From a virus (lineage: Duplodnaviria > Caudoviricetes), in IMG/VR virus record IMGVR_UViG_3300032017_000001, positions 21,152 through 85,151 of that record: 64,000 nucleotides of DNA. One strand, written 5' to 3'. This document shows positions 43,971 to 52,631 of this stretch, in pieces; position 1 is the first letter of the stretch; each line of letters starts with the position of its first letter. Both the position numbers and the translations under genes were made by a program. Under the pieces are notes generated by a model. That model did not search any database. It was not told where the DNA came from and worked only from the letters and a program-made list of their open reading frames with translations.

Positions 43971-45113
43971 ATGGACTGGAACGAGCAGCGCCGCCTGGAC
44001 AAGGCCGCCGCCGCCGACCAGAAGCGCAAGGACGCCGACGCCGAGGCTGACCGCCGGGCCCGCGCCCGCGCCGCCGAAGACGAGCGGCGCCGCGCCAACC
44101 GGCAGGCGGACAAGGCGGAGGCGCGCGCCGAGAAGGTCCAGAAGCGCCGGGAGAAGCGCGAACGGCGCCGCGAACGCGCCCAGGCGTGGACGAAGAACAC
44201 CACCCCCGCAGTCGTCTACCGGCGCGGCACCCTCGCCCTGGTCATCGCGTCCGCGCTGGCGTCCCTGCCCGCGCAGATCATGCACTTCGTCTCGATCTCC
44301 GCCATGCTGCTGCCCCTGCCGTTCGCACTCGAAGGCGCGGCCTGGGTGATGGCCGCCGGCGTCGCCTACGCCGACGAGAAGCGACTCCCGGCCTGGGTGC
44401 GGTGGCTGCTGCGCGGACTGTGCCTCACCGCCGCCGGATACGCCGCCTCCATCAACTACCAGTACGGCGCGCACATCGACCCGGCCGTCGGGTACGGCCT
44501 CGCCGCGGTCACCCTGCTCGGGCCGCTGTTCTTCGAGGTGCGGCAGTGGGTGTCCACGCTCACGGTCGACGCCGGGGAGAAGAAGCGCCGGGCGGAGGAG
44601 AAGAAGCGGGCGAAGCACGAGAAGGCCCGCCGCGAGCACCACAAGGACGTCGTCCAGCTCGCGGAGCGTCTGGTGTCCGCCGCCCCGTATGGAGCGCTGG
44701 CCCTCGAGGACGCCTTCGTCGCCGCGTGGGAGATCTTCTACGGCACGTCAACCCCCGGCATGACCCCCGCGATGCACGCCCAGCAGCTCGCCTCACGGCA
44801 GTCCCTCGCCGCCGCGATGGATGAAGCGAACGGGGCGCCGATAAGCGCTCGTGGGCGTCTCCTTCAGATGCTCCACCCGGCGCCCTCAGTGCTCATCTCG
44901 CAGCCTGGATCATCGCAGGTCGCGAACCAAGTCCCCCCCACCCAGAAGAGGCCGTCTGAGGTGCCCTCGAACGGTACGCCCAGGGGGGCCCGCCCGAAGC
45001 CCGTTCCGCCCCGCCGCACGAAGGGCGACACCCCCCGCTTCCACACCGCGGCAAAGGTCGTCGCAGCCGACACCGCCCGCAAGCACGCCACCGTCAACGG
45101 CCACCACCACTGA
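43971..45113 (+). CDS. SpdB/DUF2637-like multi-TM spread protein with coiled coil
   Basis: Charged coiled coil, four TM helices (LPLPFALEGAAW), upstream of TraB. Confidence 0.7.
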   Translation: MDWNEQRRLDKAAAADQKRKDADAEADRRARARAAEDERRRANRQADKAEARAEKVQKRREKRERRRERAQAWTKNTTPAVVYRRGTLALVIASALASLPAQIMHFVSISAMLLPLPFALEGAAWVMAAGVAYADEKRLPAWVRWLLRGLCLTAAGYAASINYQYGAHIDPAVGYGLAAVTLLGPLFFEVRQWVSTLTVDAGEKKRRAEEKKRAKHEKARREHHKDVVQLAERLVSAAPYGALALEDAFVAAWEIFYGTSTPGMTPAMHAQQLASRQSLAAAMDEANGAPISARGRLLQMLHPAPSVLISQPGSSQVANQVPPTQKRPSEVPSNGTPRGARPKPVPPRRTKGDTPRFHTAAKVVAADTARKHATVNGHHH

Positions 45114-45130
45114 CCCTCGAAGGACACCCC

Positions 45131-47230
45131 GTGAGCATCGAGACGACCCCGTCCAGCAGCCCCGACCCGGAGTGGGAGAAACTGATCGCCGGCTACCTCT
45201 CCGGCCCGGAGAAGACTCCCGCCGCGCCCCGCCCGTCCGCCGTCGACCTGATGGGCGACACGCCTCTCACCCCCGCCTGGACGAAGACCCGCAGCGGCTG
45301 GAAGGGCCGCGCCGAGGTCGGCCGCGTCAACACCGTCCGCGCCTTCCGCAAGTGGCTGCGCCGACAGGCCACCGAGCACGGGCACGCCGCCCAGCTCTAC
45401 CGAGGTGCCGCCCGCATCACCGTGTGGATCCGCGGCGTCGAAGGCGTCGAGGTCGCGAAGGCCAAGCACGAAGCGCGCCGAGCGCACAAGGAGTACCGGC
45501 AGGCGCAGTGGGCCAACGGGAAGCGGCTCATGCCCGGCAGCGTCAAGGACAAGCTGTCCAGGGAGATGGACAAGGCCGCCGAAGACTCCGAGCGGGCCAT
45601 GAACAAGTACCGCAAGGCCCGCAAGGACGCCCGGACCCTGCAGTCCCTTCGTGCCGCCGCGGCCATCACCCCGCTCGCCGCCATCGAGGGCGCCGGCCTG
45701 TACATGGGCGGCGGCCCCGGCGGGCTCCTGGCCGCCGGCCTCACCCTCACCGGGCTCACCCTCATCGGCCGCCGCACCACCACGGGCGAACTGTGGTCCG
45801 ACCGCGACGCGAAGATCGGCGACGGGGACCGGATGACCGAGACCATGCTGAACCGCGTCTACCTGGACGCCAAGGTCATCGGCTCCGACGACGTACTGAA
45901 GCTGACCACCCCGTGCACCCTCACCGCAGACGGCAAAGCCTGGCAGGTCGTCTTCCAGTTGCCGTCCGGTATCCCCGCCAAGAAGGCGCTCGGTGCACGC
46001 GAAGGCATCGCCAACGGGTTCGGGGTGTCCGTGCAGCAGGTCCACCAAACCCGCGGTAACCGCGAGGACACCATCCACCTGCGGGTGTCGCTCAAGCTGC
46101 CGTTCTCGTCCAAGCCGAACCGCGGCCCGCTGCTCGACGCGGAGCAGGTCAACCTGTGGAAGCCCATCCGCATGGGCGTCAACCTGCGCGGCGAGGAAGT
46201 CGTCACCTCGTGGGTCGAGCGGTCCGGCCTGTTCGGCGGAGAGCCCGGCTCCGGCAAGTCCGCCGCGGCCAACGACCTCCTGCTCGCCGCCGCGCTCGAC
46301 CCGACCGTGCGCATGTACCTTGCCGACGGCAAGGCCGGCGCCGACATCACCCCGTTCGAACCGATCGCCACCATGTACGACACCGACGGCGACCCCGGCA
46401 AGCTCCTCGAGATCCTGCAGTACATGTGGGACGTCGAGATCAAGGAGCGGCGGGCCCTCGCCAAGGAGCACGGGTCGCGGAAGCTGACCGAGGCGATGGC
46501 CGCCGTCGACCCGCGGGTCTGCCTGGCCGTGCTCCTCGTCGACGAGTGGTCGTCCTACGGTGCCGCCGCCGACCAGAAGACCCGCCAGGAGATGGAGCGG
46601 CTGCTGCGGCTGATCGTCCAGCAGGGCCGGGCGCTCGGCATCATCAGCCTCGCCGCCACGCAGAAGCCCGACGGCGACTCGGTGCCCACGGGCATCCGCG
46701 ACATCCTGTCGATCCGCTGGGCGATGCGCTGCCTCACCCCGCAGGCCTCCGACACGATCCTCGGCCAGGGCTACGCCTCCGCCGGCCACAACGCCCAGGA
46801 CATCCTCAAGTCCCAGCGCGGTGTGGGCATCTACATGGACGGCGAAGGCGCCGAGCCGGAGCTGGTCCGCGGCGACTACTACGACGACGAGGAAGTCGCC
46901 GCCATCCTGGGGCGTGCCTACAACCTGCGGCAGGAGGCGGGCACGCTGCCGCTGGGCCCGCTCGACCGGCTGCGCGCCGCCGACACCGACGGGGCGGTCC
47001 TCGCCGACCTGCTCGCCATGTACGACGGCGTCGAGATGCTGCCCGCAGCCCGGGTCCTCGAGAGGCTCACCGAGGCCGGCCACACGGTCACTGCGGACCG
47101 GCTGGCCGTGCTGGTGCCGCGCACCGAGGACGAGAAGCGGCGGCAGGACATCGACGGCAGCCGGGTGTCCGTCTACCCGCTTACCGCGGTCCGCCGGGCC
47201 GTGCTCGACCGATACGGAATCACCGCCTGA
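45131..47230 (+). CDS. traB: TraB-like FtsK/SpoIIIE DNA translocase
   Basis: TM pair, GEPGSGKS Walker A, LLVDEW Walker B, QQGRALGI..ATQKP, short C-terminal wHTH-like domain. Confidence 0.85.
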   Translation: MSIETTPSSSPDPEWEKLIAGYLSGPEKTPAAPRPSAVDLMGDTPLTPAWTKTRSGWKGRAEVGRVNTVRAFRKWLRRQATEHGHAAQLYRGAARITVWIRGVEGVEVAKAKHEARRAHKEYRQAQWANGKRLMPGSVKDKLSREMDKAAEDSERAMNKYRKARKDARTLQSLRAAAAITPLAAIEGAGLYMGGGPGGLLAAGLTLTGLTLIGRRTTTGELWSDRDAKIGDGDRMTETMLNRVYLDAKVIGSDDVLKLTTPCTLTADGKAWQVVFQLPSGIPAKKALGAREGIANGFGVSVQQVHQTRGNREDTIHLRVSLKLPFSSKPNRGPLLDAEQVNLWKPIRMGVNLRGEEVVTSWVERSGLFGGEPGSGKSAAANDLLLAAALDPTVRMYLADGKAGADITPFEPIATMYDTDGDPGKLLEILQYMWDVEIKERRALAKEHGSRKLTEAMAAVDPRVCLAVLLVDEWSSYGAAADQKTRQEMERLLRLIVQQGRALGIISLAATQKPDGDSVPTGIRDILSIRWAMRCLTPQASDTILGQGYASAGHNAQDILKSQRGVGIYMDGEGAEPELVRGDYYDDEEVAAILGRAYNLRQEAGTLPLGPLDRLRAADTDGAVLADLLAMYDGVEMLPAARVLERLTEAGHTVTADRLAVLVPRTEDEKRRQDIDGSRVSVYPLTAVRRAVLDRYGITA

Positions 47231-47326
47231 CCCCGTCCAACCCCCGTCCAGTACACCGGTTTGAACCGGTATGCCCTCCGTCGGAACCCCGTCCCGGCCA
47301 CCGCAACCCCGTCCGGCCGGGACGGG
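47230..47326 (+). repeat. clt-like 8-bp direct repeats CCCCGTCC
   Basis: Copies at 47231, 47242, 47287, 47307; variant CCTCCGTC 47275; inverted GGACGGG 47320. Confidence 0.65.
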
Positions 47327-47432
47327 CCCACCACCCCCAAGACGGACCCAGTCGGGCCCTGACCAGCAGAAACACATCCCATGACGGGCGCGACGGCGAC
47401 CCTAAACCCGCCCAAACCGAACAGGAGACCTC

Positions 47433-47864
47433 ATGCCCGAGCCGATCGCACCGATGAGTGAGGAGGCCGCCAAGGAGGAAGCTGACCGCATCCTCGCCAC
47501 CGCCTTCCGCGACCCCGCCCCGCTTTCCGCCGTCGGCACCACCCCGCCCGTCCCGCAGCCCGGTCGGCCGCCGATGAGCCAGGGCGCCACCGATGCCAGC
47601 GTCCTCATGCTTGCCGGGGGAGCGAGCACCGCAATGGTCGGCGGGACCGCCGCCGTCCTGATGTACGTCTCCCAGTTCGCGGACCCCGTTGTCTGCGGCC
47701 TCGTCTTCGGCGCGCCGACCGCCCTCGTTCTCGCCCTCGCCCGCCTGGCCAAGCGCGCCCGGCCCGAGCCGGAAGTGCACCAGCACTTCCACGGCACCGT
47801 CACTCACCAGACCACCCACAGCCGCACCAACGGCGTGTGGGCCCGCACCAACAACCAGAAGTAG
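47433..47864 (+). CDS. SpdD-like membrane protein
   Basis: VGTTPPVPQPGRPPMSQGATDASVLML followed by two TM helices. Confidence 0.65.
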   Translation: MPEPIAPMSEEAAKEEADRILATAFRDPAPLSAVGTTPPVPQPGRPPMSQGATDASVLMLAGGASTAMVGGTAAVLMYVSQFADPVVCGLVFGAPTALVLALARLAKRARPEPEVHQHFHGTVTHQTTHSRTNGVWARTNNQK

Positions 47865-47873
47865 GAGACCGGC

Positions 47874-48014
47874 ATGGACGAGTGCATTCTGTGCGGCGCC
47901 CCCGGCGGCTACCCGTACTGCGGCCCCGCCTGTGAAGCCGCCGACAACCCCGACGAAGACGTCCCATCCTTCAGCGCCGCCGACTTCGGCCCGCTCGCCG
48001 AGAACCTCAACTGA
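47874..48014 (+). CDS. Small Cys-rich protein (CILC...C...C)
   Basis: AGGAG RBS; read manually. Confidence 0.5.
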   Translation: MDECILCGAPGGYPYCGPACEAADNPDEDVPSFSAADFGPLAENLN

Positions 48015-48029
48015 CCGGAAGGATCCGCA

Positions 48030-48235
48030 GTGGCCACCCGACAGATCACCTGCTTCGAAGCCGTGTGCGACCTGTGCGGCACCAGCGAGACCACCGCGAC
48101 CCGAAGGACGGATGGACGGTCACGCCAGACGGTCGGCTCGTCTGCGACACGGTCAACGACGAAGCCCACCGCACCGCCCACGAGGAAGCAGGCAAGACCA
48201 TCAGCGACTGCGCCATGACCGCGAGCTTCGCCTGA
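48030..48235 (+). pseudogene. Frameshifted paralog of 18595..18870
   Basis: Starts ITCFEAVCDLC; continues in another frame as GWTVTPDGRLVCD...DEAH to TGA 48235. Confidence 0.5.
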
Positions 48236-48250
48236 TCAGCAAAGCGACGA

Positions 48251-48280
48251 GCCCCGGCTGTTCACCCGGCCGGGGCCTTT
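48251..48280 (+). terminator. Terminator hairpin closing transfer module
   Basis: gccccggctg-ttcacc-cggccggggc then CTTT. Confidence 0.65.
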
Positions 48281-48364
48281 CCTGTCACAACTCGGACACA
48301 CCGCCTACACGCTGCCACCATGCGGGCGCATGATGCCCACCCGAACCAACACCCAGGGGGGAAC

Positions 48365-48853
48365 ATGCTGTTCAACAGGGACCCGGAGAAGGCCGCACAG
48401 AAGGCAGCGGCCAAGGCGGAGAGGAAGCAGCAGCGGGAAGAGGCCGCAGCCCAGCGGCGCGCCGACGCGCAAGCGCTCAAGGAGTGGCGGGCAGCGCATC
48501 CCGCCGAGAAGACTCTCAACATGGCGGCGATGCTGAAGCTGTGGCCGTCGTCGAAGATGGGCGTCACCCAGCTCGGCCCGGTCAAGGGCGGATCTGCGGA
48601 GTTCGTCGACGCGGGCGCCCACAAAGCGTGGACCGCCACCCGGCTGATTGCTGGTGTCGCCACCGCCGGAGTCACTGCGGCAGCCACCGGCCGCAAGAAC
48701 AAAGGCGCCGCCGTCATCAACCTGACCTTCGGTAACGGGGCGGCTGAGACGTACACCGTCAAGCCGGAGCCTTCCTACCTGAAGGCCGCCAACCAGTACG
48801 TCAACGCCTTCAACACCCTCGCCGCCCAGCTCGCGGGGGAGGACGGCGACTAG
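48365..48853 (+). CDS. Stand-alone hypothetical protein (MLFNRD..., coiled coil plus one hydrophobic helix)
   Basis: Flanked by terminators; GGGGG RBS. Confidence 0.7.
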   Translation: MLFNRDPEKAAQKAAAKAERKQQREEAAAQRRADAQALKEWRAAHPAEKTLNMAAMLKLWPSSKMGVTQLGPVKGGSAEFVDAGAHKAWTATRLIAGVATAGVTAAATGRKNKGAAVINLTFGNGAAETYTVKPEPSYLKAANQYVNAFNTLAAQLAGEDGD

Positions 48854-48928
48854 CCTGCAACGACAGGGCCCCTGCCGTGGGCTTGGGTTCAAGGGGATTC
48901 GGCAGGGGCCCTTCGTCATGCGCGCGGG

Positions 48929-49108
48929 CTACAGGCGCCGACCCTCACGGCCACCACGCCACGCCCGCAGCCGGTCACGCCACGGGCGGCGCCGGCCATA
49001 CCGCGTCCGCCGCGCCCACGCGAAATACTCCCGGCTCGACATCTCGCCCGCGACCCACGCACGAGCCGCGTTGGTCGCCGGATCCGCCCGGCCAGCCTGC
49101 TCAACCAT
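48929..49108 (-). CDS. Small basic protein coupled to RHH gene
   Basis: ATGGTTGA overlap with RHH stop. Confidence 0.45.
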   Translation of the reverse strand: MVEQAGRADPATNAARAWVAGEMSSREYFAWARRTRYGRRRPWRDRLRAWRGGREGRRL

Positions 49109-49346
49109 CTTGGGCCTCCTTCTCTGCCTGCTTCCTGAGGTGTTCCGCCCGGGCCGCCTCGACGGCAGCCTTGCTCGGCCGGGTTGGCGCCTTGGATCCG
49201 GGCTTGTGGAGGTACCACTCCATGAAGGCGCGAAATGCGGCACTGCGATCGGTGTCCATCGCGTTGGTCGCCTCCCCGAAGACACCCCAGTCGGTGAGGT
49301 CTACGCGGATCGGTCGGGTCGGGGTCTTCGGCTTGTTCGGCGACAT
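49101..49346 (-). CDS. Ribbon-helix-helix regulator
   Basis: PTRPIRVDLTDWGVFGEA...DRSAAFRAFMEWYL. Confidence 0.75.
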   Translation of the reverse strand: MSPNKPKTPTRPIRVDLTDWGVFGEATNAMDTDRSAAFRAFMEWYLHKPGSKAPTRPSKAAVEAARAEHLRKQAEKEAQDG

Positions 49347-49363
49347 GCGCTGACCGTATCCGG

Positions 49364-49479
49364 GTGTAGCTACCTGAGTCATGTTCACCCCTTTCAGATG
49401 TAGCTACGGGTGTAGCTACAGAATCTGCACTGAACGGCTTGCGCCCCGGTGTAGCTACACCCTACGGTGTAGCTACACC
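49364..49479. promoter_or_regulatory. Five TGTAGCTAC palindromic operators in divergent promoter region
   Basis: 49364, 49399, 49410; perfect 14-bp GGTGTAGCTACACC at 49448 and 49466. Confidence 0.8.
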
Positions 49480-49518
49480 TCGAACAAGGGGCGCCCGGAG
49501 AACCAGCAGGGAGTGCAA

Positions 49519-49971
49519 ATGACAAACATCGAATCCGCCGCGATCGTCGCCGCCGGAACCGCCGTCGTCCTCACCCCCATCCCCGCGGCCGTCGTCCGCG
49601 ACCTCAACGACGCCCACGAGGCCCCCGAGCCGCAGCCCGCACCCGCCTTCGACGAGGACCTCACCCGCCGCGTCCACACCGCGCTCGGCATGCCCTACTG
49701 GCAGCCCCGCCCCTGGCTGGACGAGACCGAGACCCGCACCGTCCTGTGGTCGCAGCTGGAGCTCAACACCCTGTACGAGCGGGTCGGCGGCACCGTCACC
49801 ACCCACACCGTCCAGCGGACCACCCACGGCGGCGAGTCGACGTGGCAGGCCACCGAGATCACCGTCACCGTCGACCTGCCCGGCATCGGCACCGTCGCAC
49901 TCGTCACCGACTGGGACGAAGAGACCGGCGGACACGACCTGCCCCTCCTGCAGGCCATCGCCCACCACTGA
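49519..49971 (+). CDS. Hypothetical protein
   Basis: GGGAG RBS, ATG 49519. Confidence 0.65.
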   Translation: MTNIESAAIVAAGTAVVLTPIPAAVVRDLNDAHEAPEPQPAPAFDEDLTRRVHTALGMPYWQPRPWLDETETRTVLWSQLELNTLYERVGGTVTTHTVQRTTHGGESTWQATEITVTVDLPGIGTVALVTDWDEETGGHDLPLLQAIAHH

Positions 49972-50029
49972 ACCACCCGGGCGGCAGCCGACCGGCTGCC
50001 GCCTCACCCTCACCGCCTAGGAGCCAGTA

Positions 50030-50200
50030 ATGCCCCGTTCCGAAACCCTCGCCGACCTCTCCACCCGCGCCCTCCACGACGAGCGCGACGCCTGCCTCCT
50101 CCTCACCACCGACGACTACGCCGGCAGCGACAGCGTGAAGGAGTACCACGCCGACTACGCCGACCGGATCAGCGACGAACTCGACTGCCGCAACAGCTGA
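50030..50200 (+). CDS. Small acidic protein
   Basis: AGGAG RBS; read manually. Confidence 0.55.
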   Translation: MPRSETLADLSTRALHDERDACLLLTTDDYAGSDSVKEYHADYADRISDELDCRNS

Positions 50201-50266
50201 CCACGTGTGGGCCCGGTCGCCTGACCGGGCCCCTTCCACCGCACCACGAAACCGGGGGAACCATCC

Positions 50267-51004
50267 ATGCGTACCTACGCCACCGCCCAACTCATCGGCG
50301 ACCGTTCCGCGCAGTGCGACGCCACCGCCGTCTCGACCGCCCCGTCCGGAGCCCGCGCCTACGTCCTCCTCGACGGCATCGGCTCCACCGACGAAGTCCG
50401 CGAATGGACCCGCAACGCGGCCCGCAAGCTGGCCCGCGCAGCCGCCCGCCGCGGTGACGCCGAGGCCGGCCTGCGCGCCGCCTACAACCGGTACGCCGCC
50501 GACCCCGACCGGCACGGACCGTGGGGCATCGGCGCCAAAGCCTGCGCGGTCGTCGCCGTCACCACCCCCGGACGGCCCCTCACCGTCGCCTGGTGCGGTG
50601 ACGCCCGCGCCTACGCGATCCGCGGCAGCGCCGTCGACCGGCTCACCGACGACCACAACCTCCGCCGCCTCTTCCCGCCCCGCGACGGCAGCCCCGGCGG
50701 CAACCGCAACGTCGTCACCTCGTGCCTGGGTGCGGTCGAGACTGACGAGGAGAACCGCAACCAGTACGGGCACCCCGCCATCGAGACCGCCGTCTACCGC
50801 GCGGACACGTTCCGGCTGCTCCTCGCCTCCGACGGCGGATACGAGCCCCACGAGGACGCCGGCCACCACCTCGCCGACCAGGTGATCGGCATGCCGGGTG
50901 AAGCCGCCCGCCACTTCATCGACACCGCCGTCGCCACCGCGCGCGCCGTCACCGACCCGCACGCCGACAACGCCACCGTCCTCATCGCCGACATCCGGCC
51001 CTGA
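50267..51004 (+). CDS. PP2C/PPM-family Ser/Thr phosphatase-like protein
   Basis: LLDGIG, AWCGDARAY, LTDDHN, LLLASDG, DNATVL metal-binding motifs. Confidence 0.8.
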   Translation: MRTYATAQLIGDRSAQCDATAVSTAPSGARAYVLLDGIGSTDEVREWTRNAARKLARAAARRGDAEAGLRAAYNRYAADPDRHGPWGIGAKACAVVAVTTPGRPLTVAWCGDARAYAIRGSAVDRLTDDHNLRRLFPPRDGSPGGNRNVVTSCLGAVETDEENRNQYGHPAIETAVYRADTFRLLLASDGGYEPHEDAGHHLADQVIGMPGEAARHFIDTAVATARAVTDPHADNATVLIADIRP

Positions 51005-51018
51005 ACAGGAGCCCTCAC

Positions 51019-51201
51019 GTGAGCCTCATCGCCGCCTACCGCACCGCGAAAGCCCTCGCCGACCTCACGCCCGACGCCCCGGTCATCTCCCGGACGGACA
51101 TGGCCGTCGCGGCAGCCCTCGCCGGAGTGGACGCACCGCACACCGCCGCCGACCGGTCCGCCGTCTGCGACGCCCTCGACGACATCGAGGGCGTCCGGTG
51201 A
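51019..51201 (+). CDS. Small hypothetical protein
   Basis: AGGAG RBS; coupled. Confidence 0.55.
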   Translation: MSLIAAYRTAKALADLTPDAPVISRTDMAVAAALAGVDAPHTAADRSAVCDALDDIEGVR

Positions 51202-52001
51202 CTGCCACCCCGGCCGTCACCCCGGAGCGCGCCGTCGCCGCCTGCATCCGGGCCGCCGAAGCGCACGCCACCGCAGGCGCCGACTGGACCGACGCCGTAC
51301 AGCACACGGTCCGATCCCTCATAGACCGGCTCGCCACAGCCCGCACCCTGTCTGCGCCCCGCCTTCCACGCCCCACAGTGTCCGCCGCCGAGGCCGTGCT
51401 CGACGAGCTGGGCCCGCTCTCCGGCTGGCACGTGGACGACCTCGGAGAAGTGCACCAGCGGCTCCTCGAACTCACCCCCGTCACGAAATCAGACGGCACC
51501 GTGCACGCCAGCCGCCCCAACCAGGGCCGCCGCGACAAGCAAGGCGCCTGGTACACGCCACCCGAGGTGTCCGCAGCAATGGCCCGACTGGCACTCAGTC
51601 AGCAGATCGATCGCCTCGCCGCCGACGACGACCCAGGCGCCATCTTCGACCTTGCCGTCATCGACCCCGCCTGCGGCGCCGGCGTGATGCTCGTTGAAGC
51701 CGCCCGGTTCATCGCCGAACGGCTCGCCGCCCGCGTTAGCGGACAAGACCCGCCGTCCGACGTGCATGTGCGGGCCGCGCTGCCGGCCGTCATGACGGAG
51801 TGCCTGTACGGCGTCGATATCGACCCCGTCGCCGTCGATCTCGCGCGGGCCGCCCTGTGGCTGGAGGCGGGCGGCCGGGAGCCGTTCGGTTTCATGGACC
51901 GCAACATCGTCGTTGGGAACGCCCTCGATGACGACATGCCGCCCGCCTACCGCGACCGATACCGCGGCAACCCCGGCCGGAGCCTGAGACCCGTCGCATA
52001 A
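51198..52001 (+). CDS. N6-adenine DNA methyltransferase-like protein, apparently C-truncated
   Basis: GAWYTPP, VIDPACGAGVML, LYGVDID, GNAL; no NPPY before stop. Confidence 0.7.
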   Translation: MTATPAVTPERAVAACIRAAEAHATAGADWTDAVQHTVRSLIDRLATARTLSAPRLPRPTVSAAEAVLDELGPLSGWHVDDLGEVHQRLLELTPVTKSDGTVHASRPNQGRRDKQGAWYTPPEVSAAMARLALSQQIDRLAADDDPGAIFDLAVIDPACGAGVMLVEAARFIAERLAARVSGQDPPSDVHVRAALPAVMTECLYGVDIDPVAVDLARAALWLEAGGREPFGFMDRNIVVGNALDDDMPPAYRDRYRGNPGRSLRPVA

Positions 52002-52037
52002 CCCCCGGGCACGTCACATGAGACGCAAGGAGACACC

Positions 52038-52283
52038 GTGAACCATTTGCCTGACACCCGACAACGCACCGCGCAGCCCGTGTTCGAGATCGACGGCCGC
52101 CGCTTCACGGCAGGCGACCGCGTGCAGTTCCCGCGCGCCGGGATGCGCCAGAACCGGCGCCGTATCTACGAGATCACCGAAACCACGGCCGAGAGCATCC
52201 AGGTCAGCGTCGACGGATGCAGCTACCGGCTCGGCCGCGACAGCGCCGACAGCCTCGGCATCGTGCACGCCGAAGAGAAGTGA
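52038..52283 (+). CDS. Small SH3/KOW-like hypothetical protein
   Basis: AGGAG RBS; FTAGDRVQF. Confidence 0.6.
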   Translation: MNHLPDTRQRTAQPVFEIDGRRFTAGDRVQFPRAGMRQNRRRIYEITETTAESIQVSVDGCSYRLGRDSADSLGIVHAEEK

Positions 52284-52290
52284 GGAAGCC

Positions 52291-52488
52291 ATGGCTTACA
52301 CCGCGACAGTTGCTGCTCGAAGCGGCAACAACTCCACGACGGACCTCAACCACGTCTTCTGCTGCATTCCTGACCTCGCCCTCTGCGGTGTCGACATCAG
52401 CGGAGACGAGATCGTCGACTACGACGAAGCCGACTGCATCGTCTGCCTCGACCTCGAAGACCAGACCCGTCCCGTCTGCGGGGAGTAG
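52291..52488 (+). CDS. Small Cys-rich protein
   Basis: ORF track; C..C motifs. Confidence 0.6.
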   Translation: MAYTATVAARSGNNSTTDLNHVFCCIPDLALCGVDISGDEIVDYDEADCIVCLDLEDQTRPVCGE

Positions 52489-52631
52489 GCACCCAGCCCT
52501 GTGGGCCCGTGCCGATCCGGTGCGGGTCCACAGGCGTGTCTGGGTGAGCCATTGGCGCAGTGTTGTCCACCCCATGCTGCACCATTGGCCTATTGCGTCA
52601 CCTGCTTCCCGCACCACACGAGGAGCCTGCC

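Noticed and set aside
44864-47377. 837-aa antisense ORF (also 26784..28898, 31490..33199, 24363..25487 and many others)
   Set aside because: Shadow frames of high-GC genes with clear sense-strand motifs; no RBS or recognisable domains.
39470-48235. Calling the transfer block an independent integrated AICE
   Set aside because: No own Rep, integrase or flanking att duplication detected; treated as a phage module, though decay of those parts cannot be excluded.
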